Positions 8,928-16,303 of a stretch of DNA of 43,925 nt are shown piece after piece. Position 1 is the first letter of the stretch. Each line of letters starts with the position of its first letter. Under the pieces are notes generated by a model, which saw only the letters and a program-made list of their open reading frames with translations, was not told the DNA's origin and searched no databases. The DNA comes from Coriobacteriales bacterium (GTDB lineage Bacteria > Actinomycetota > Coriobacteriia > Coriobacteriales > Atopobiaceae), in assembly GCA_030533135.1 (NCBI GenBank), contig JAUNJR010000002.1, forward strand, positions 1 through 43,925, read 5' to 3'. Both the position numbers and the translations under genes were made by a program.

Positions 8928-9649
8928 TGCGTGAGCTTGCGCAGGTCATGTCGCATTCCGTGAAGGGTGCCCTCGAGGCGCTGCTGTTAGTTTCTACGGA
9001 TCCGGTCCCTGCTACCGACTTTGCACGCGAGTTGGGGATCGCGCCAAGTGAGGCGGCAGAGGCGCTTGCGGAGCTCTCTGCGGAGTATGCCGATGCAAAT
9101 CGCGGGTTCCAGCTGCGAGAGGTTTCTGGTGGATGGCGCCTGTATACGCATCCGGCGTACCATGACGAGGTGGAGCGATATGTGAGGGCATGGGACACCC
9201 GCAAGCTCTCCCAAGCGGCGCTCGAGACCCTTGCCGTGATTGCCTATCATCAGCCGGTTACGCGTGAAGGCGTGAAGGCGGTCCGTGGCGTGAACTCTGA
9301 TGGCGTCATTGCATCGCTCAAGGAAAAGCGCCTGATTCGCGAGGTTGGCCATGAGGCTGACCGGGGCGGTGCAGCCCTTTTTGGCACGACATCAGCGTTC
9401 CTTGAAAAGTTTGGCCTCAAGTCCTTGCGCGAGCTGCCGCCCCTGGAGGACTTTGCGCCGGACGAGGAGGCGCGTCAATTCATCCGCGAGCGCCTGAGTG
9501 GCCGCTCTATCAACCTGTCGCTCGAGGAGACAGCCGACGACCTCGATGAGGAAGCGGCGCTTCTGGACGAGTACCACGAGGGCGACGAGCCAGGCGCTTT
9601 CGATTGGGTAGAAGAAGACCTCTATGGGGACGATGATGACCTCTACTGA
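8927..9649 (+). CDS. scpB: Segregation and condensation protein B
   Basis: ALEALLLVSTDPV, GWRLYTHP and LSQAALETLAVIAYHQPVTR are typical of ScpB. The ATG overlaps the scpA stop (TGATG). The C-terminal tail is acidic. Confidence 0.9.
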   Translation: MRELAQVMSHSVKGALEALLLVSTDPVPATDFARELGIAPSEAAEALAELSAEYADANRGFQLREVSGGWRLYTHPAYHDEVERYVRAWDTRKLSQAALETLAVIAYHQPVTREGVKAVRGVNSDGVIASLKEKRLIREVGHEADRGGAALFGTTSAFLEKFGLKSLRELPPLEDFAPDEEARQFIRERLSGRSINLSLEETADDLDEEAALLDEYHEGDEPGAFDWVEEDLYGDDDDLY

Positions 9650-9665
9650 TGAACGCGTCGTGCCC

Positions 9666-10424
9666 ATGAGGCTTCAAAAGTTCCTGGCCCGTGCGGGGGT
9701 GGCAAGCCGACGTGGCTCGGAGAATCTCATGACTGCTGGCCGCGTTACCGTGAACGGCGTCGTCGTGACCGAGCTGGGAAGCAAGGTCGACCCACTCGTT
9801 GACGAAGTTGCTGTCGATGGCAAGGTGGTCAACCTGGCTGATGGGCATACCTATCTCATGCTCTACAAGCCACGCGGTTACCTGACGACCATGAGCGACG
9901 ACCGCGGTCGGGCGTGTGTTGCGTCGCTCGTTCCTGTGCGGCGCTACCCTGGTCTTTTCCCGGTGGGTCGGCTTGATGCTGACACAACGGGGCTCCTTCT
10001 CTTCACGACGGACGGGGAGCTTGCGGCAAAGATGCTCCATCCCTCATCCCATGTCTGGAAGCACTATGTAGCCCTTGTACGCGGTGTGCCCACGTCACGT
10101 GAGCTCGACATGCTCCGCAGGGGCATTCGGCTTGACGACGGGATGTCCGCGCCTGCTGAGGTTCGCATTCTCGCCGCAGACGACAAGGCAAGCACCCCTG
10201 TCATTCCTGAGGGGATGCCTTATGGACACACCGTGGTAGGCCTTTCGATTCATGAAGGCAGAAAGCATCAGGTGAAGCGAATGCTTTCTGCGGTAGGCCA
10301 CGAGGTAGTCAGGCTGCATCGTGACGAGTTTGGCCCGCTTTTCCTTTCAGACGTGCAACCCGGACAGTGGCGACATCTTACCGACGAAGAGGTTCGAAAG
10401 CTGTCTTTGTCGGAGCGCCGCTGA
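9666..10424 (+). CDS. rluB: RsuA/RluB-family 16S/23S rRNA pseudouridine synthase (alternative start 9624)
   Basis: It has an S4 domain (MRLQKFLARAGVASRR) and the catalytic block GRLDADTTGLLLFT. Confidence 0.85.
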   Translation: MRLQKFLARAGVASRRGSENLMTAGRVTVNGVVVTELGSKVDPLVDEVAVDGKVVNLADGHTYLMLYKPRGYLTTMSDDRGRACVASLVPVRRYPGLFPVGRLDADTTGLLLFTTDGELAAKMLHPSSHVWKHYVALVRGVPTSRELDMLRRGIRLDDGMSAPAEVRILAADDKASTPVIPEGMPYGHTVVGLSIHEGRKHQVKRMLSAVGHEVVRLHRDEFGPLFLSDVQPGQWRHLTDEEVRKLSLSERR

Positions 10425-10481
10425 GCAGAGCATTCTGAGAACGTTACACTTGAGGAGATTCCTGACACGAAGGAGGCAGAC

Positions 10482-11168
10482 ATGAAGGTCGCCATTGACG
10501 GTCCCGCTGGTTCCGGCAAGTCTACGGTTGCAAAGGCCATTGCGAAAAAGTGCGGTTTTACGCTCTTGGACACCGGCGCGATGTATCGCTCGGTTGCGCT
10601 TGCGTGCGTGCAGCGCGGGGTGGATCTGAACGACACCGATGCTGTGGCTCAGGTCGCACGTGAGGTCAAGATCTCGTTCGTGCCAGGCGAAAAAGTTCAG
10701 CGCGTCTTGCTTGACGGGGAGGACGTGACGTCCGACATCCGCACTCCGCTCATCGACAAGGCGGTTACGCCGGTATCCGCCAATCCCGGAGTGCGTGAAG
10801 CCATGGTGGCCCAGCAGCGCGCCATCGGCGAGCAGGGCGACGTAGTGGCAGAAGGACGCGACATCGGAACCGTCGTCTTCCCTGACGCAGAGGTCAAGGT
10901 CTTCCTGACGGCTGACCCCGCTGCCCGCGCGTTGCGTCGTGCCGTGCAGCGTGATGGCGGTGATGCGGCCACAGATGCACATGCGACCGCCGACCAGAGT
11001 GCCGTGGAAGAGATCATGGCAGACCTCATCCGTCGCGACAAAGCTGACTCCACGCGCGAGGCCTCACCGCTGCGCCCCGCGGAGGATGCGGTTCACATTG
11101 ACTCGTCCAACAAGACGGTGGACATGGTCGTAAGCATGATCATCCAGATGATGGAGGGGGCTCGCTAG
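10482..11168 (+). CDS. cmk: Cytidylate kinase
   Basis: AIDGPAGSGKSTVAK P-loop, followed by LDTGAMYR and EGRDIGTVVFPDA. Confidence 0.95.
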   Translation: MKVAIDGPAGSGKSTVAKAIAKKCGFTLLDTGAMYRSVALACVQRGVDLNDTDAVAQVAREVKISFVPGEKVQRVLLDGEDVTSDIRTPLIDKAVTPVSANPGVREAMVAQQRAIGEQGDVVAEGRDIGTVVFPDAEVKVFLTADPAARALRRAVQRDGGDAATDAHATADQSAVEEIMADLIRRDKADSTREASPLRPAEDAVHIDSSNKTVDMVVSMIIQMMEGAR

Positions 11169-11169
11169 G

Positions 11170-11895
11170 ATGCGCGCATTTGCTGGCAACACATATGACG
11201 ATTACTACGAGACTCCCATGTCGGAGTTTCCGCTACCTGGTAAAGCCCTGCTTTGGCTTGCCGCAATTGTCTGCGGGTTCTTTACCAAACTGCTGTGGCC
11301 GTGGACCATCGAGGACAGCCAGAAGCTCTGGAATGACAAGCATGGCCGCGTCATTGTGGGTAACCATGTTTCGATGCTTGAGCCCGTTGCCATGCTTGTC
11401 TCCATGAGGATGCATGGCATTCCTTGCCGTCCCATCTACAAGAGCGAGTTTGACAAGGTTCCTCTGGCCAAGTGGTTATTCTCGCGTCTTGGGGCTATTC
11501 CTGTGGAACGCGGTACTGCTGACGTTAAATGCCTGCGCCGGGCAGAACGCGCACTCAAGAGGGGAGAGTGCATCCTCATCTATCCGGAGGGTACGCGCAT
11601 TCGCACCGACGATCAGCCAGTCGAGATTCATGGCGGCTTTGCGCTCATGGCACGTATGGGCAAGACGGATGTTCAGCCCACTGCCGTCGTTGGAGCACGC
11701 GACATCTCTCCGAAGGGCAAGTTCTTTAAGCGCATCTTTTGCCGGGTCTTCCTGAAAGCCGGAGATTGCATCACGTTTGATGAGATGACCGCAACGGGGC
11801 GTAAGGCACAGTGCGAGGAGATGGAGCGTGTCACTATGGAGCGCGTGTACGCCCTTCGTGACGAGCTTCGCGCCGAGCATCCGGGGAAGTCGTAG
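11170..11895 (+). CDS. plsC: 1-acyl-sn-glycerol-3-phosphate acyltransferase family protein
   Basis: It has an NHVSMLEP (HX4D-type block, here HX4E), FPEGTR-type IYPEGTR, and an N-terminal hydrophobic segment. The position cmk-plsC is common. Confidence 0.8.
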   Translation: MRAFAGNTYDDYYETPMSEFPLPGKALLWLAAIVCGFFTKLLWPWTIEDSQKLWNDKHGRVIVGNHVSMLEPVAMLVSMRMHGIPCRPIYKSEFDKVPLAKWLFSRLGAIPVERGTADVKCLRRAERALKRGECILIYPEGTRIRTDDQPVEIHGGFALMARMGKTDVQPTAVVGARDISPKGKFFKRIFCRVFLKAGDCITFDEMTATGRKAQCEEMERVTMERVYALRDELRAEHPGKS

Positions 11896-11931
11896 ACGCT
11901 CTATGCGAAGCGCATCAGAGATGAGGCCCTA

Positions 11932-12771
11932 ATGAGCATAACGATCGAAGTTGCAAAAGAGGCGGGCGCTTGCTTTGGGGTTGAGCGCGCGCTGACCCTG
12001 GCGCTCAAGACAGCCGAACAGTCTGACGGCCCCGTTCACACCTTGGGGCCGCTCATCCATAACCCGGTGGTCGTGCACGAGCTCGAAACGCATGGCGTGA
12101 CGGCGGTCTCTGACCCTACCGTTCCAGCCGATGCGACGCTCTTGCTGCGTACTCATGGTGTTTCTCCTGATATTGAAAGTGCAGCCAAGGCATCGGGAGC
12201 CACCGTCATTGATGCGACGTGCCCCTATGTCAAGAAGGTACACAAGGCAATCGAGCGTCTTGAGCAAGCTGGCTACCAGGTGCTCATTGTTGGTGAAGCG
12301 GGACACCCCGAAGTTGAGGGAACGCGCGGCCATGCCCCCTCTGCCGTTGTTGTGGGAAGCGCCGAAGAGGTGCGTGAGCTTGAACTGGGTCGTCGCGTTG
12401 GCGTTGTGGTGCAGACCACGATGGCTGAGGCGGTGCTTCAAGATGTCGTGTCCGAGCTTGTCGGCCGCGTCGAGGAGACGCGCGTCATCAACACCATCTG
12501 CACGGCGACTTCTGAGCGACAGGCTGCCGCTGCGGAACTTGCGCTCCGATCCGATGTCATGATTGTGATTGGTGGCAAGAATTCAGCAAATACGACGCAT
12601 CTTGCTGATATCTGTAGGGCTGCTTGCCCCGCAACGCACCATATCGAAACACCAGAAGAACTCAAGGCGTCGTGGTTCGAGGACGTCAACCTCGTCGGGG
12701 TTACCGCTGGCGCTTCTACGCCACAGGCTCATATCGAAGCAGTGGTTTCGGCAATCGAGCGTCTTGGGTAG
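11932..12771 (+). CDS. ispH: 4-hydroxy-3-methylbut-2-enyl diphosphate reductase
   Basis: AGACFGVERA, GPLIHNP, DATCPYV and GGKNSANT blocks are characteristic of IspH/LytB. Confidence 0.92.
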   Translation: MSITIEVAKEAGACFGVERALTLALKTAEQSDGPVHTLGPLIHNPVVVHELETHGVTAVSDPTVPADATLLLRTHGVSPDIESAAKASGATVIDATCPYVKKVHKAIERLEQAGYQVLIVGEAGHPEVEGTRGHAPSAVVVGSAEEVRELELGRRVGVVVQTTMAEAVLQDVVSELVGRVEETRVINTICTATSERQAAAAELALRSDVMIVIGGKNSANTTHLADICRAACPATHHIETPEELKASWFEDVNLVGVTAGASTPQAHIEAVVSAIERLG

Positions 12772-12830
12772 CTGACGGCCCTTAGTTTTGGTCTAATGTG
12801 ACAACACCTGTCCCGTGTCGTCTCAAGCGG

Positions 12831-12906
12831 CGGAATATACGCCGGATGGGACGACACGGACATGATGTGGTCCCAAACAGCGGAGATTACGCCGGATGGG
12901 ACCACA
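12831..12906. repeat. Two 26-nt direct repeats exactly 50 bp apart in the ispH/DUF512 intergenic region
   Basis: CGGAATATACGCCGGATGGGACGACA (12831-12856) and CGGAGATTACGCCGGATGGGACCACA (12881-12906) share a perfect 15-nt core, TACGCCGGATGGGAC. The first copy sits in the loop and right arm of a 13-bp hairpin (12809-12822 / 12850-12862). Confidence 0.6.
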
Positions 12907-13009
12907 ACAGCTCCATGTCGTCACATTGAGCAGACATGTCGGCTGAAAATGATCTCATGGGGTACCATGTTGCCCAAGGAACACCAGCAATTTGCACATG
13001 GGGGAGCCC

Positions 13010-14416
13010 ATGCCCAAGATCGACCCAAAGGAATCCAAGCGCGCTGATTATGCCTCGACACGAGAGCAAGCCGACGGCGCGTGGATAGCGCATGTCGATG
13101 AAGGCAGCCCCGCTTGGGAGGCTGGTCTCGAGGAGGGCATGCGCATCCTGACGGTCAACGGTGTTGAGCTGCGCGACATCATCGACTGGCGCTGGGAAGC
13201 TGATGGCAATGAGGCTGAGCTTGAGGTGCTGATTCCTGGAGATGATGACGTCTACGGATGTGTGTTGGAACGCGTACCTGGTGAAGACTGGGGCGTTGAG
13301 TTTACGGACGTATTGTTTGACGGCATCCGCACCTGCGTGAATGCCTGTCAGTTCTGCTTCATGGCCATGCTTCCCGAAGACGCACGCGCCTCGCTTAGCC
13401 TTCGGGATGATGACTATCGCCTCTCGTTCCTGCAAGGCAATTTCGTTACGCTGACCAACGTGGCTGACGATGAGGTTGACCGCATCATCGAATGTCGTCT
13501 TGAGCCCATGAACGTTTCGCTGCACGCGATATCGCCCGAGGTCCGGCGCTCACTGATTGGCAGGCATGCACAGCGGGGAATCGAGGTCCTCGAGCGGCTC
13601 CTAAAGGCGGGAATTGAAGTTCATGGCCAAATCGTGCTCTGTGCTGGCATCAACGATGGCGACGAGCTGCGACGCACGCTTGATTGGGTCGAGCAATGGC
13701 CAACGTTCACGTCTCTGGCGCTCGTTCCCATGGGGTACACCAAGTATTCAAAGCGATTCTCGTCATCCTTCAGCGAGGATAAAGAGGCTTCGCGAGCTGT
13801 GGTCAAGCTGCTTGAACCTTATCAGGAGCGCGCACGGGCCGAACGGGGCATCACCAGATTCCAGCTTTCGGATGAGTTCTACCTTGATGCCGAGCTGCCA
13901 ATACCCTCAGCCGAGACTTACGACGGCTATCCGCAGTTCTACGACGGCATCGGCATGCTGAGAAGCTTCATTGACGAGACCGATGAAGTGTGCGCCACTC
14001 GGAAGCGCGAGCTTCAAGAGGTGGCCGAGAGCTTTTCACGTCAAGGACTTCGGGTGCTCTTAGTCTGTGGAGAGGCTGCCTCAAGTGTAATCGATGGCTT
14101 CTGTGACGCATGGGCGAACGCCACGTCGACTGGCTGGTCCTGCGCCAAGGGCTATCCCATCCGTAACGACTACTACGGTGGCGACGTCAATGTCACGGGC
14201 CTCATCGTAAGCCGCGACCTGCTAGCCCAGCTTCCCGGGGACCTGCATGGTACGGTCGTAGTCCTTCCCGAAGTCATGTTCAACTTTGACCAGGTAACCC
14301 TTGATGGCGATACCCAAGCACACATCCTTGAAGAGATAAGTGCGCGCGGGGGCATTCCGCTTGTTGCCCAGACCACACCTCACGCCATCTTGGATGCCCT
14401 TCTCACGCTCAGGTAA
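13010..14416 (+). CDS. DUF512 domain protein with N-terminal PDZ-like domain and radical-SAM-like Cys cluster (alternative starts 12992 TTG, 12998 ATG)
   Basis: It has a PDZ-like GSPAWEAGLEEGMRILTVNG, a CVNACQFCF cluster and DDDYRLSFLQGNFVTLTN. In my recollection this family commonly sits immediately upstream of der. Confidence 0.8.
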   Translation: MPKIDPKESKRADYASTREQADGAWIAHVDEGSPAWEAGLEEGMRILTVNGVELRDIIDWRWEADGNEAELEVLIPGDDDVYGCVLERVPGEDWGVEFTDVLFDGIRTCVNACQFCFMAMLPEDARASLSLRDDDYRLSFLQGNFVTLTNVADDEVDRIIECRLEPMNVSLHAISPEVRRSLIGRHAQRGIEVLERLLKAGIEVHGQIVLCAGINDGDELRRTLDWVEQWPTFTSLALVPMGYTKYSKRFSSSFSEDKEASRAVVKLLEPYQERARAERGITRFQLSDEFYLDAELPIPSAETYDGYPQFYDGIGMLRSFIDETDEVCATRKRELQEVAESFSRQGLRVLLVCGEAASSVIDGFCDAWANATSTGWSCAKGYPIRNDYYGGDVNVTGLIVSRDLLAQLPGDLHGTVVVLPEVMFNFDQVTLDGDTQAHILEEISARGGIPLVAQTTPHAILDALLTLR

Positions 14417-14427
14417 GGGACACGCCG

Positions 14428-16119
14428 TTAGTCAGCTCTGAGGTCCAGGTATATATCGTGAAGCACGTTGGCTCGTGATTCCCGGCACGCCTCAAGCACA
14501 GCCTCGCGTAGCGTGCAATCGCTTATCAGACGCCTTCCCGTGGCAAGGCAGAGCTCCGCGAGAGCCTTCTCCGTGCGTGACGGAGGCTCTTCAACGCGAG
14601 CACCCTGTGACGGGTCCGTTGGGAGCCACTGTCCCGTGCGTAGGCCCTCCATCTCCTCAAGGGAATCAACGCAGAGCATGAAGATCTGCATGCCAAGGGC
14701 ATCTTCATGACGCAAGACCGCCTGCTGTAGCTCAGCTGAGCCTTCAGAGAGGTCGATGTCGAATCGGGCAAACGGATGGCTGGGCAGCTTGCCGTCCACG
14801 TCACGCCGCAGCGCCGCATGCATGGAAAATGCCATGCGTATGTAGGCAAAGGCCACCTCATGCCGCGTGCAGCGGTCAATGACCCGTGCCAAGGTAATCG
14901 CGGAGAGACCAGCAGACCCCATTGAGCGTGCATTAAGGAACGGAGCCCAGAAGGCGAGACAGGAGTCATCTGCATCAGAGTCAGCCAACCACTCCATCAC
15001 CAAACGCTGAAAACGGCCACAGAAAGGCCTGTGCGCCTCCTCAGCAATGAGGATGAGCTCACGATACGAGGTGCTCACGAAAGCCTCGACAACCCAGTGC
15101 CGTAGCACCTCGTCACGCGGCGCGTCTCCATCCTCAAATAGGAACGTGCCATACCCAAGGCGAACCAGCGTCTCGAGGCTCTCAAAGCCACGCGCCGCCT
15201 GGACATAGGCCTTTGCGTAGGCGTGACGTTGCACGGGATCAGGATCTTCAAGTGCCTTTCGAAGCGTCTCGACGTCATAGTCGGTGAGCCGCTCTGAAGT
15301 CGCGGCAATCCGCGCTACCGCATGCGCACGCTCCTGGGGAGTCCTGAGAACGCGAAGACGCCACTCGCCAAAAAGGTCGGGCAGCTGCTCGTAACGCTCG
15401 AACGGAATAGCCGTGATACCACGGCTCCTCCACCTGGTGAAAAAGCGGCTCTCATTCTCCAAAACGAAGACGCGGTCCTCAAGCTCCGTGGAAATCGAGC
15501 GCGCGAGGTACTGCATGGGCATGTCGCGCAGGCTGTACCCCACAAGCAAAACGGTAAACCGCGCGAACATCTTGACCAGGAACCGCGCCACCCAGCCGTC
15601 CGAGACGTACGCGGAGCCAAAGTCTGAATCAACAAGAATCATCTCGTCAGGATGACAAATGTCTCCATGCAAGTGCACGATGCCCGTGAAGTCATTACCA
15701 AGTGGAAGCGCAGGGGAGGAGAACGTCCTCAGGTTCAACCCCAGGTTTGCAGCCGCCTGCTCAAAACGAAGGTCATAGTTCGTGGTAACGATGCGCGGAA
15801 TGCCGCCCTCAAACAATTTGACGATGTTTGTATGCAAGACGGACGGAGCGCCTGAGCCCATGACCTCGGCGCACTTGATCTTCATCGTGTGCGCGTCACC
15901 AATTCTTCCGAGGTACGACTCGTAGCGCTCGCTCTCATAACGCTGGGCCACCATTCCATCGGGGCTGACCGTCTTAGCAAGCCCTTCAATCAGCTGCGTG
16001 AAATCGGGAAGGGGATCGGGCGGCTGCATTGATACGCCAGCGCCGGCAAATATGACGAGGTTGTCCTCCTCGATGGCCTTGGTGATCACATCGGGTATCT
16101 CGATTCCCTGAATCTTCAT
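14428..16119 (-). CDS. SIR2-like (SIR2_2-type, predicted NAD+-consuming) protein with an uncharacterised ~350-aa C-terminal region; candidate stand-alone defence effector
   Basis: 563 aa from the ATG at 16119 (RBS AAAGGA). Motifs are NLVIFAGAGVS (aa 20-30), RIVTTNYD (aa 109-116) and GIVHLHGD (aa 146-153). It has no CxxC zinc-ribbon pairs. It is the only minus-strand gene inside a long plus-strand housekeeping run. Confidence 0.8.
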   Translation of the reverse strand: MKIQGIEIPDVITKAIEEDNLVIFAGAGVSMQPPDPLPDFTQLIEGLAKTVSPDGMVAQRYESERYESYLGRIGDAHTMKIKCAEVMGSGAPSVLHTNIVKLFEGGIPRIVTTNYDLRFEQAAANLGLNLRTFSSPALPLGNDFTGIVHLHGDICHPDEMILVDSDFGSAYVSDGWVARFLVKMFARFTVLLVGYSLRDMPMQYLARSISTELEDRVFVLENESRFFTRWRSRGITAIPFERYEQLPDLFGEWRLRVLRTPQERAHAVARIAATSERLTDYDVETLRKALEDPDPVQRHAYAKAYVQAARGFESLETLVRLGYGTFLFEDGDAPRDEVLRHWVVEAFVSTSYRELILIAEEAHRPFCGRFQRLVMEWLADSDADDSCLAFWAPFLNARSMGSAGLSAITLARVIDRCTRHEVAFAYIRMAFSMHAALRRDVDGKLPSHPFARFDIDLSEGSAELQQAVLRHEDALGMQIFMLCVDSLEEMEGLRTGQWLPTDPSQGARVEEPPSRTEKALAELCLATGRRLISDCTLREAVLEACRESRANVLHDIYLDLRAD

Positions 16120-16303
16120 GACGTTCCTTTTGCATCGCAGATGAGATGGCTCCATGCTACCCGTTTGTCGTCTCAGACTCACTGCAAGAAGTGTTTGACC
16201 ACGAGGGGCTCATGAGCAGGTTGTGCAAGGCTCCCTCGAGCGATGCCGTTTGGCCGACAGTGGTAAAGTTATATCTATATGTGAGTTTAGTAGGAGGAGC
16301 GTC

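Noticed and set aside
11365-11382. PlsC acyltransferase motif reads HVSMLE (HX4E) instead of HX4D.
   Set aside because: This is a conservative Asp-to-Glu change and the other block (YPEGTR) is intact. It is not enough to claim an unusual enzyme.
12862-13047. 61-aa ORF in the ispH/DUF512 spacer.
   Set aside because: It overlaps the DUF512 start region, has no RBS, and is composed of the repeat and hairpin sequence. It is more likely non-coding.
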